Assembly (NCBI GenBank): GCA_041608315.1
Contig: JBFISZ010000001.1
Location: 1 to 44,088 of the forward strand
Reading direction: 5' to 3'
DNA: 44,088 nucleotides
DNA from: Acidimicrobiia bacterium
GTDB taxonomy: Bacteria; Actinomycetota; Acidimicrobiia; Spongiisociales; UBA5794
The notes under the pieces were generated by a model. The model ran no database searches. It saw nothing but the letters and a program-made list of their open reading frames with translations, and was not told the origin of the DNA. Numbering within the stretch: the first letter of the stretch is position 1; every line of letters starts with the position of its first letter. Made by a program: the position numbers and the translations under genes. Positions 8,362 through 15,968 of this stretch are shown here, in pieces.

Positions 8362-8407
8362 CTCTACCCACATAAAGGTGAGCAGAGGACCGATCGTAAG
8401 ACAACAC
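8362..8407 (-). promoter_or_regulatory. Copy 2 of the shared 46-nt upstream motif
   Basis: Minus-strand sequence GTGTTGTCTTACGATC-N9-CTCACCTTTATGTGGGTAGAG, 29 nt upstream of the lipoprotein ATG. Positions 1-16 and 29-46 are identical to copy 1, with no indels. Confidence 0.5.
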
Positions 8408-8546
8408 GACCGAGGGCCAAACGGACACCACTGCGACGCCGCACATAATGTGCGCTCCGCGAGACGTCAGGCATGCCCCCTGCCCGCCCTCGAACCGGCA
8501 TTATGCCGGTAATCCTGTCAAGTTCTGAGTGCTGGTTTGTCATGGT

Positions 8547-9809
8547 TCAGTCTCCGTTTGGGGTGTTGTTGAGGAGTTGTTGGTAGAGGCGGGCTCGGCC
8601 GGGTTGGTGGTGGTCTTGGGCGTGGTCGCGTTGCTGAGTCAGCACCGGGATATGGCTCTGGTCGGTGCCGAAGTAGGTGCAGGTCTCACAGATCGTTTCG
8701 TAGTGACAGTCCATCTGGGCCGGTCGTTGGCACCAGCCGTTGCCGAGCATGCGTTGGTGTTGTTGGCGGAGCCGCCGCATGTTGGGGCCTTCAGCGTCGG
8801 CGGGGAGTTGGGTGTTGTAGAGGTGATCGACTTTCGATGAGACAGCGTCGTATTCGTCGGCGACGGTTCGGTCAGCGATGCGGGCATAGACCAGGGTCAT
8901 CTCGAGGTTCTTGTGACCTAAGAGAGCAGCGACGGCTTCGAGACGCATACCGCGGTTGATGGCTTGGGTGGCGAGGGTGTGACGTAGCTGGTGGGGGTGG
9001 ACGTGACCGATCCCGGCTCGTTTAGCGATACGGCGAACCATCCGGGTGACCCGGTGCCGGTCGACCGCGGAGACCTGATCGGTGAGAAGCCGACCAGTTG
9101 CAGCGATCCGTCCGGCGTTGTCGGCCTGCCACGCTGAGATGAGTTCCACGAGCTCGGGGTGGAGTGGGACGTAGCGGTCGTTGCGGAGTTTCCCGACGGG
9201 GACATGGAGCCAGTGGTGTTCACCGATCTGGACGACCGGGTCGGCGTCGAGGTTGGTGAGTTCCCCGACGCGCATCCCGGTGCGAGCCAGCAACAACACA
9301 CAGAGCTTGCGGAACGGGTCAGGTTCGATGTTGACCTGGGCCATGAACTTGGCCATCTCGGCGTCGTCGAGGAACTTCGGTAGTGGCTCCGGTCTCGGCG
9401 GGACGTCACCGTGGATGATCGGGTTGCGGCGGGGTGCGTCGTCGAGGTCCCATTCGATGATCCGATCGAAGAACACCTTCAACAACCGGAGCCGTCCCCT
9501 AATCGTGTTGGTCGCCAACGGTTGCCCAGTGTTTGCGGTCACGTCGTTGCCAAGCTTGAGTTTGAACGCTTCGATATGTGCCCTGTTGATGTCGGCGACG
9601 CCAGTGACTGAGGGGTCGTGTTCGCTGATCCAGAGTCCGAATACGCGCAGTGCCCTATCAGCGGCAGTAATCGTTGCTGGTGTCAAAGTGACGGCCTGCT
9701 GGGCCAAATAGCGGCGCATTGTCGCTGCCAGCAGGGGAACCCGACCAGCAAGCAGCTCCCAATCGGTGGTTGGCTGAGACACCTCACCAACAGTGGAGTT
9801 GGCAGTCAT
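8547..9809 (-). CDS. Tyrosine recombinase with Cys-rich C-terminal extension
   Basis: Catalytic signature ARTGMRVGEL, HQLRHTLAT and LGHKNLEMTLVYARI. About 100 extra residues follow the catalytic Tyr and contain C-x8-C-x5-C-x2-C (CQRPAQMDCHYETICETC). Its start overlaps the stop of the upstream recombinase by 4 nt. Confidence 0.9.
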   Translation of the reverse strand: MTANSTVGEVSQPTTDWELLAGRVPLLAATMRRYLAQQAVTLTPATITAADRALRVFGLWISEHDPSVTGVADINRAHIEAFKLKLGNDVTANTGQPLATNTIRGRLRLLKVFFDRIIEWDLDDAPRRNPIIHGDVPPRPEPLPKFLDDAEMAKFMAQVNIEPDPFRKLCVLLLARTGMRVGELTNLDADPVVQIGEHHWLHVPVGKLRNDRYVPLHPELVELISAWQADNAGRIAATGRLLTDQVSAVDRHRVTRMVRRIAKRAGIGHVHPHQLRHTLATQAINRGMRLEAVAALLGHKNLEMTLVYARIADRTVADEYDAVSSKVDHLYNTQLPADAEGPNMRRLRQQHQRMLGNGWCQRPAQMDCHYETICETCTYFGTDQSHIPVLTQQRDHAQDHHQPGRARLYQQLLNNTPNGD

Positions 9810-10849
9810 GACAACCCCTCCGCTACGGCCACGACATCATCAGCGAACCGGCCGGCGTCGATCGCATCCGAGGCTCGCAGATACTCCTTAGCGAGCCAGT
9901 CGTTGGCGAGATGCAGATAGATGCGAGTCGATTCGATCGAACGGTGCCCCGCTTGTGCCTGGATAGCTTCTAGTGACATCCCAGCCTCCCGCAGCCGGGT
10001 GAAACAGGTGTGTCGCAGCTCATGACAGGTGCAATGCGCCAGCCCAGCCCGTTGGCGAGCCGAGACGATCAACTGATCGAGACCCTTCGGTGTCAACGGC
10101 TTCCCAGTGTTGGGTCCTTTCAACACCACAAAGAGCCGATCCGTCGCTGAATCGGTGGGACGTTCGAGATTGAGATAGTTGGCGACCGAGTCGAAGAACC
10201 GGACCGAGATCGGAACGACCCGTTGATGACCGCCCTTGCCCTCGGTAATGAACACTCGCCGTTCGGCGAACTTGAGATCGGTGAGCCGCAGACCAAGAAC
10301 CTCGACACGGCGCAGCCCGCCCAGCACCATGGCTTCGACCATTGCCCGGTCCCGCCAGCGGCGACATGCTGCAATCAGCTCGTCGACCTCGGCCGGTTCC
10401 AAGATCTTGGGCAACGTCCGCGGCGTCCGCACCAACGGTGTTCCCCGCTCGGTTCGGGATCGTTTCCGGTTCGACAAACCCCTCGGCACCGGATTCGCCT
10501 CGACCTCACCACACGCCACCAAGAACCCGAACAACCCAGAGATCGACGACAAGCGGCGCTGAATCGTCCGCGCCGATAACCCCGACTCGCCATCGACCAA
10601 CCGGACCACCTTGCGGTCACCGCGCTGGCTAGTGATGAACTCCAACACATCAGCCGTAGTCACCTCGGCTGGCTCTTTCGGGACCACCGAGAAGAAGACC
10701 TTCAAGTCATAACCCGCCGCCAAAACCGTGTTCGGACGAGCCCGCGCCGCCACGAACTCCAAATACCGATCCAACTGTCGATGCCCCAGCCTCAATACCG
10801 GCCGGCCACCCCGATCAGCCTCCCGAACCAGCACCGGCAACCACGTCAT
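9806..10849 (-). CDS. Tyrosine recombinase (XerC/D-like), first gene of the pair
   Basis: SAM-like N-domain (RTIQRRLSSISGLFGFL) and catalytic motifs GGLRRVEVLGL, HELRHTCFT and GHRSIESTRIYLH. A strong GAGGAGG RBS precedes ATG 10849. Confidence 0.9.
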   Translation of the reverse strand: MTWLPVLVREADRGGRPVLRLGHRQLDRYLEFVAARARPNTVLAAGYDLKVFFSVVPKEPAEVTTADVLEFITSQRGDRKVVRLVDGESGLSARTIQRRLSSISGLFGFLVACGEVEANPVPRGLSNRKRSRTERGTPLVRTPRTLPKILEPAEVDELIAACRRWRDRAMVEAMVLGGLRRVEVLGLRLTDLKFAERRVFITEGKGGHQRVVPISVRFFDSVANYLNLERPTDSATDRLFVVLKGPNTGKPLTPKGLDQLIVSARQRAGLAHCTCHELRHTCFTRLREAGMSLEAIQAQAGHRSIESTRIYLHLANDWLAKEYLRASDAIDAGRFADDVVAVAEGLS

Positions 10850-10996
10850 CGCCCAACCTCCTCAACCCTCGAAAACGCTCCTCCCGGATGATCGCGAAAG
10901 CCCAAGTGGATTACAGGCATATGTAGCAATCTGCACTAGCAAGACATTATCTGGGAGGAGGGTCGCTGGGTCGACCTCGCAGGCGGGGCTGAGACG

Positions 10997-11673
10997 GTGG
11001 GCACCGGCCGAGTGCACCTCCGGGACTCGACAAGAGCGCGTGATGACTCGGTGATGCGTTCGATGGTGTTGCCGACGTTCGGACCAAGGCAGATCGCCTC
11101 TGTGACACCTGGCGATGTGCAGGGATGGATCGCTTCTCTCACCGCAGTCGGATACGCACCGTCGACGATTCGGAAGGCTTGTGAGTTGGCTGCAGCCAAT
11201 CGTTTCGAAGGAAATGCGTTTCTTGACAATGAGTGAAGTGGGCGGTCTGGTGGACACGATGCCCGAACGGCATCGGGCGATCGTGCTCGCTGCGGCCTAC
11301 ACCGGTCTCCGGTTCGGGGAGCTTGCCGGCCTCCGCGTCGACAGGTTGGACTTCTCGGCCGAAGCCTCACGGTGAACGCGACGCTCTCGGAAGTCCGCGG
11401 CCGGGTCTCGTTGAACGAGCCCAAGACCAAAGCAGCGCGTCGCCAGGTTGCCCTCCCCCGCTTCCTGTGCGATCGGCTTGCCCGGGAACACCCGAAGGTG
11501 ATCCAGTCGCGGCTGGGACACGCCTCAATCAGAACCAGCTCGACACGTACGGGCATCTCTTCGAGGGCCTCGATGAAGCCGCCGCGCAGCGCCTCGATGA
11601 CCTCGCTCTGGAACGAATCGCGCACGAGACGCGCACCGAAGGCGACGGTGAGGTGTTCCACCTAGACCCGTAA
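10997..11673 (+). pseudogene. Phage-type tyrosine integrase remnant (frameshifted, internally deleted, N-terminally truncated)
   Basis: Integrase-like segments are spread over three reading frames: STRARDDSVMRSMVLPTFG...VTPGDVQGWIASL, then MRFLTMSEV...AIVLAAAYTGLRFGELAGLRV, then LSEVRGRVSLNEPKTKAARRQVALPRFL, then VIQSRLGHASI and LDTYGHLF. The HxxR-containing middle part is absent. It ends 38 nt from the tRNA-Val 3' fragment. Confidence 0.75.
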
Positions 11674-11710
11674 CACAACGAAACCGTTGCAGCGCAACGG
11701 TACCGGGCGG

Positions 11711-11732
11711 TGGGCGCTACCGGGATCGAACC
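11711..11732 (-). repeat. Duplicate of the tRNA-Val 3' end (att-site remnant)
   Basis: TGGGCGCTACCGGGATCGAACC matches TGGGCGCTACTGGGATCGAACC at 11879-11900 in 21 of 22 positions. That region covers the T-loop, 3' T-stem, acceptor 3' strand and discriminator of tRNA-Val. Similarity stops at both edges. Confidence 0.7.
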
Positions 11733-11878
11733 TTCTCCGCGCAACCGACAGCACCCACACACGAAACGGGACCACCACGAACCCGAGCCGCCCAAGAACC
11801 TCGCCGTCGCTCTCCCAGAAGAGGAACGCCGCACGCATCGGCGCGCACAGCGACCGGATCAACGCTCGGGCCGCTGAG

Positions 11879-11950
11879 TGGGCGCTACTGGGATCGAACC
11901 AGTGACCTCTTCCGTGTCAGGGAAGCGCTCTCCCGCTGAGCTAAGCGCCC
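11879..11950 (-). tRNA. tRNA-Val (anticodon GAC)
   Basis: Hand-folded 72-nt cloverleaf: acceptor GGGCGCT/AGCGCCC, anticodon arm CTTCC-CTGACAC-GGAAG, T arm ACTGG-TTCGATC-CCAGT. CCA is not encoded. Confidence 0.9.
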
Positions 11951-12001
11951 GGGATGTGGGAGCCGCCCCGACTGGAGCGGCCTGCCTGTCATCCTACGAC
12001 G

Positions 12002-12072
12002 AGGCGACGCCGGGAATCGAACCCGGGTACAGGGTTTTGCAGACCCTTGCCTAACCACTCGGCCACGTCGCC
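12002..12072 (-). tRNA. tRNA-Cys (anticodon GCA)
   Basis: 71-nt cloverleaf: acceptor GGCGACG/CGTCGCC, anticodon arm AGGGT-CTGCAAA-ACCCT, T arm CCGGG-TTCGATT-CCCGG. Confidence 0.9.
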
Positions 12073-12104
12073 GAAAAGGACGGTCACATACGACCGTCCT
12101 GCGG

Positions 12105-12177
12105 AGCGGACGACCGGGATCGAACCGGCGACCTCAACCTTGGCAAGGTTGCGCTCTACCAGCTGAGCTACGTCCGC
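12105..12177 (-). tRNA. tRNA-Gly (anticodon GCC)
   Basis: 73-nt cloverleaf: acceptor GCGGACG/CGTCCGC, anticodon arm CAACC-TTGCCAA-GGTTG, T-loop TTCGATC. A 9-bp hairpin (12077-12100) lies in the spacer toward tRNA-Cys. Confidence 0.9.
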
Positions 12178-12221
12178 GCGAAGCGGTAGTTTACCAGACC
12201 CGGCGAGGCTCCCCGGTTTGG

Positions 12222-12659
12222 TCAGGCTCCCGTCGATCCGAAGCCCCCGGCGCCACGATCGCTCGCTGGTAACTCGGCGACCGCCTCGTACTCCTGGGTC
12301 ACAAAAGGCACGACTACCAGCTGGGCGATCCGCTCCCCACGTTCGTATGCGAACGGCTCGGCACCCTCGTTGATGAGCACCGCGTGGATCTCACCGCGGT
12401 ACCCGGCGTCGAGGATTCCCGGGGAGTTGACGAGGCTTATCCCGTGGCGCGCCGCCAGGCCGGACCGGGGGGCAATGAGGCCGACATACCCGTCGGGAAC
12501 GGCAACGGCGATCCCGGTGGGGACCAGCGTGCGCTCTCCGGGTGCCAGCACTCCTCCGGCGCGTGCGTACAGATCTACCCCGGCGTCACCGGGGCGAGCG
12601 TGGCGCGGCAGAGGAAGCTCAGGGTCGAGCTGTTCGACGAGTATCTTCAGGCTGTGCAT
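12222..12659 (-). CDS. dut: dUTP diphosphatase
   Basis: GDAGVDLYA, PTGIAVAVPDGYVGLIAPRSGLA, GILDAGYRGE and the C-terminal GGFGSTG motif. ATG at 12659; the longer ORF extension looks non-coding. Confidence 0.9.
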   Translation of the reverse strand: MHSLKILVEQLDPELPLPRHARPGDAGVDLYARAGGVLAPGERTLVPTGIAVAVPDGYVGLIAPRSGLAARHGISLVNSPGILDAGYRGEIHAVLINEGAEPFAYERGERIAQLVVVPFVTQEYEAVAELPASDRGAGGFGSTGA

Positions 12660-12688
12660 CTGAGGGACAAGAGTACCGGAGCGCCCGA

Positions 12689-13744
12689 ATGACCGATCAG
12701 TCAACGGACCGCCAACCGGGAGACAGGGGTCGGTGGTACCTCGAGATGCTCGGGATCGACTCCACAGAGGACCCACCGACCTTGCAGCAGGTCGCGCAAT
12801 CCAGCGACACGACGCGCACGGCGGAGCTGGTCACTGAGATGTGGGACAAGACGGCCGAGCTGCCCGCGGCCGAGACCCCGGAGGATCCTCTCACCGGGTG
12901 GAGCCCAACCGAGCTGAGCGCCACCGCGAGCTCGCGGCGAAACGTCCGCTGGCCGATCGTGATCGTGGCGATCCTGGCCGGCACGGCTGCGGCGCTGGCA
13001 CTGTGGTGGATGCCCCAGGAGTCGGAGCGGCGCGCCGCCAACCATGCGGGACTGATCGGGGCCTCGCTGACGGCCCTCTACGGCGACCTGGCCGACGCGC
13101 AGACGGCGCTGGCGACGGCGACCGAGCCTGGCAGCACCGAGCCCGACCTGAGTTCCGTAGCCGTCGATCTCGCCGGAATCGCCGACAGCGCCGCTCGGCT
13201 GCTCGACCTCGCCAACCAACCGGTTCCCACCAATCTGCCGCTGACCGCCCGCGAACCGTTCGACGATCTCGACTCTTTGCGTCGCGGTCTCGAGCCGCTG
13301 GCGGCAGAGGCGAGCGCCATCCGCGGCGAGGTGGCCGATATAACCGACTACCGGCTCGCCCTCGCTCGGGTGCTCGACGTGCCGGAGCTGCCGCTCGTCG
13401 CGGACAGCGCGACGATCACAGAGCAGAGCGCCGTTGTGGCCAAAGCGCTCGCCACCAGCGTGGCGGCCCTGACGGAAATGCCCGTGGAGGGCCCGTTCGC
13501 CGAGCATCGCACGCTCGTCGACGGCGCGGTCGCCGCATTTGCCCAATGGCAGGACGACTACCTGGCGGCGCTCCGCGAGAGCGACACAACCGAGACCCAG
13601 CGCCTGCTTGACGAGTTGACCACCGCCCGGCAACAGCTCCAGAACGACCTCGTGGACCGTCTGGCGGCTCTCCGCACCGAGGTTGATGGCCGCATCCTCG
13701 AACTGGCGAGCGGGCTGAGCCGGGCAATTGCCCTGGTGCCCTAG
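12689..13744 (+). CDS. Hypothetical single-pass membrane protein, Ala/Leu-rich helical ectodomain
   Basis: 351 aa from ATG 12689, with one TM segment (WPIVIVAILAGTAAALALWW). No family was recognised. Divergent from dut. Confidence 0.6.
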   Translation: MTDQSTDRQPGDRGRWYLEMLGIDSTEDPPTLQQVAQSSDTTRTAELVTEMWDKTAELPAAETPEDPLTGWSPTELSATASSRRNVRWPIVIVAILAGTAAALALWWMPQESERRAANHAGLIGASLTALYGDLADAQTALATATEPGSTEPDLSSVAVDLAGIADSAARLLDLANQPVPTNLPLTAREPFDDLDSLRRGLEPLAAEASAIRGEVADITDYRLALARVLDVPELPLVADSATITEQSAVVAKALATSVAALTEMPVEGPFAEHRTLVDGAVAAFAQWQDDYLAALRESDTTETQRLLDELTTARQQLQNDLVDRLAALRTEVDGRILELASGLSRAIALVP

Positions 13745-13747
13745 CGT

Positions 13748-14206
13748 CTAGCCGGCGGGTTCCGGGGCACTTTCCAGTGCAGCCATTTCCCGTTCGAAGT
13801 CGGAGGCACCCTGAAAGTCCTTGTAGACCGAGGCGAACCGAAGGTAGGCGACCTCGTCGACCTCCCTGAGGCCTTCGAGCACAACTCGTCCGATCTCATC
13901 TGTCGTGACCGGGGACGCCGAGTCGAAGAGCGCTTCGGTGCGGGCCACGAGCCGGTCCATCGTGTCGGCCGCCACCGGGCGATCGGCCAATGCCGCCTCT
14001 AGGCCCGAACGCACCTTCTCCGGATCGAATGGCTGGAGCGCGCCGCTGCGCTTGCGGACCTGGACGGCCGGAACCGATCGCTCGTACGTAGTGAAGCGGT
14101 GCTCACAGGTCTCACAGCGCCGGCGCCGCCGGACCGCGCTGCCGCCCTCCGCCGGTCGGCTATCGATGACGCGGGTGTCATCGGCACTACAGGTGGGACA
14201 ACGCAT
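13748..14206 (-). CDS. nrdR: Transcriptional repressor NrdR
   Basis: MRCPTCSADDTRVIDSR...RRRRRCETCEHRFTTYE zinc ribbon followed by an ATP-cone (EIGRVVLEGLREVDEVAYLRFASVYKDF). 152 aa from ATG 14206. Confidence 0.92.
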   Translation of the reverse strand: MRCPTCSADDTRVIDSRPAEGGSAVRRRRRCETCEHRFTTYERSVPAVQVRKRSGALQPFDPEKVRSGLEAALADRPVAADTMDRLVARTEALFDSASPVTTDEIGRVVLEGLREVDEVAYLRFASVYKDFQGASDFEREMAALESAPEPAG

Positions 14207-14295
14207 TGGGCCGGAGGGTAGCGGGCGCGGGCCGCCGGGGGGACACATCACGACGGACATTCCATCGCAACGCGCCGGGTGTCCCCCGGACCCGC

Positions 14296-14604
14296 CTATG
14301 ACGAGCCGGTCAGGGGAATCTCCAAGACCTGTCCGGGATGGATCGTCGATGACTCGAGGTGGTTGCGGCGCTTGATCGCTTCGATCGTGTTGCGAACGTC
14401 GCGGCCCGGTGAAGTGTGCTCGCCGGCGATGTTCCACAGGTTGTCGCCGGACCGAACCTCGTATTCGGCGACCGGCACCGCAGCGGGGACATCCACCGGG
14501 TCGAGCGCCGCCATGACGCTCGAAGCGAGGAGGAGGACCAGAGCCACGATCACCGTGGAGATGACGATCAACACTCTTGACGGGATGACCGCATGTCGTG
14601 GCAT
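14296..14604 (-). CDS. LysM domain-containing membrane protein
   Basis: N-terminal TM segment and a LysM motif (YEVRSGDNLWNIAGEH...IKRRNHLESSTIHPGQVLEIP). GGAGGAGG RBS. Position between lexA (divergent) and nrdR matches the conserved actinobacterial arrangement. Confidence 0.8.
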   Translation of the reverse strand: MPRHAVIPSRVLIVISTVIVALVLLLASSVMAALDPVDVPAAVPVAEYEVRSGDNLWNIAGEHTSPGRDVRNTIEAIKRRNHLESSTIHPGQVLEIPLTGSS

Positions 14605-14724
14605 CTGGTTCCTCCTCCAGTCGCTTCCGTGTAGGGCTTTCGGGAATCACGGCTGCGATTCCGTCGAGCTCTGTTGTCACCGTATCTGTCGGGTACGACA
14701 AGATCCGGTTCCGACCTTCCTATC

Positions 14725-14738
14725 CGAACACCTGTTCG
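14725..14738. promoter_or_regulatory. LexA (SOS) box 1
   Basis: CGAACACCTGTTCG, a perfect GAAC-N4-GTTC palindrome in the lysM/lexA divergent region. Confidence 0.8.
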
Positions 14739-14756
14739 AGAGAACTCCATCGTATG

Positions 14757-14770
14757 CGAACACCTGTTCG
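14757..14770. promoter_or_regulatory. LexA (SOS) box 2
   Basis: CGAACACCTGTTCG, the identical 14-mer 32 bp from box 1. Confidence 0.8.
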
Positions 14771-14780
14771 CATGTCAAGT

Positions 14781-14794
14781 CGAACATATGTTTG
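14781..14794. promoter_or_regulatory. LexA (SOS) box 3 (one half-site degenerate)
   Basis: CGAACATATGTTTG, of the form GAAC-N4-GTTT, about 80 bp upstream of the lexA ATG. Confidence 0.6.
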
Positions 14795-14872
14795 GTTTTG
14801 TCACTCGAGCCGCGTACAATCTGAGTCGGCAGACAGGCCCCCGGGCCGTATGCGAAGAAACAGGAGCACCAG

Positions 14873-15505
14873 ATGGTCGAGAAGACACTCACGGCACGCC
14901 AGCAGCAGATCTTGGATCTGATCCTGGCCACGGTCAACGAACGGGGCTACCCGCCATCGGTGCGTGAGATTGGCGAGGCCGTCGGCTTGAGCTCCCCTTC
15001 CACGGTGCACAGCCACCTCTCTGCGCTCGTCAAGGCCGGGTGTATCCGGCGTGACCCGACCAAGCCGCGCGCCATCGAAGTCATCGACTCGGGCCACAGC
15101 GAGGCATCGCTACTGCGGGCCCCGGTGCGCGACGTGCCCCTGGTCGGTTCGATCGCCGCGGGCTCCCCGATCCTCGCCGAGGAGGACATCGAAGAGATCT
15201 ATCCGCTGCCCACCGAGCTGGTCGGGAACGACCCCGTGTTCATGCTGCGGATACGCGGTGACTCGATGATCGACATCGGGATATTCGATCGCGATTACGT
15301 TGTCGTGCGCCGCCAGGAGACCGCTCGCGACGGCCAGGTGATCGCCGCCCTGATCAACGGGGAGGAGGCGACCGTGAAGCGCTTACAGCGGCTCGACGGC
15401 CGGGTAGTGCTGAAAGCGGAGAACCCGGATCACCCGCCGATGGTGTTCAGCGACGGCGTCGAGATCCTCGGCGTCGTGGTGGCCGTGCTGCGCCGCGTCG
15501 AGTAA
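14873..15505 (+). CDS. lexA: SOS repressor LexA
   Basis: Winged-helix N-domain (LTARQQQILDLI...GYPPSVREIGEAVGLSSPSTVHSHL), cleavage-site region and S24 peptidase domain (RGDSMI...VKRL). Confidence 0.95.
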   Translation: MVEKTLTARQQQILDLILATVNERGYPPSVREIGEAVGLSSPSTVHSHLSALVKAGCIRRDPTKPRAIEVIDSGHSEASLLRAPVRDVPLVGSIAAGSPILAEEDIEEIYPLPTELVGNDPVFMLRIRGDSMIDIGIFDRDYVVVRRQETARDGQVIAALINGEEATVKRLQRLDGRVVLKAENPDHPPMVFSDGVEILGVVVAVLRRVE

Positions 15506-15551
15506 CGCGCGGTGCCCACACACCGTGGGGGGCCGGCGATAGGCTGCCGCC

Positions 15552-15968
15552 ATGACCAATCACAGTCTCACTGGGCGGGTCACCGCCGAGATCGAAGCAC
15601 TCCACGCCGAGTTTGAGCGATGGTTCGCCGGGGCGACCGATGACTTCGAACGAATCAGGTCTTCGATGGCCGAGGACTTCACTTTCGTGTCACCCAGGGG
15701 CGACGTAGTCGATGCGGGAGCGCTCCTGGAGGACCTCACCGCCGCCCGCGGCTCGCGGCAGATGCGCATTCGCATCTCGAACGTCACGGTGCGTGAGGCG
15801 GGCAACTCGACCGTGATCGCAACCTACGAGGAGTGGCATCACTACGCCGATTACACGACGGCCCGCCAGTCCACGGCCCTCCTCACCGAGGATGAAGCTG
15901 CGCCCCGCGGCTTGCTGTGGCGTCACGTCCACGAGACGTGGAAGCTCCCACCACCGGATGGTCCCTAA
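15552..15968 (+). CDS. DUF4440/NTF2-like domain protein
   Basis: 138 aa. The pattern IEALHAEFERWFAG....F.RI...MAEDFTFVSPRG is typical of SnoaL/DUF4440-like small proteins. Confidence 0.6.
   Translation: MTNHSLTGRVTAEIEALHAEFERWFAGATDDFERIRSSMAEDFTFVSPRGDVVDAGALLEDLTAARGSRQMRIRISNVTVREAGNSTVIATYEEWHHYADYTTARQSTALLTEDEAAPRGLLWRHVHETWKLPPPDGP

Noticed and set aside
12701-13633. Long ORFs on the opposite strand or in alternative frames of clear genes. Examples: 12701-13633(-), 15690-16637(-), 17275-18309(+), 26156-27220(+), 26907-28214(+), 32986-34158(+), 35672-36946(-), 36979-38412(+), 40373-41914(+).
   Set aside because: They overlap well-supported genes, are Arg/Pro/Gly/Ala-rich in the way expected for out-of-frame translation of high-GC DNA, and have no recognisable motifs.
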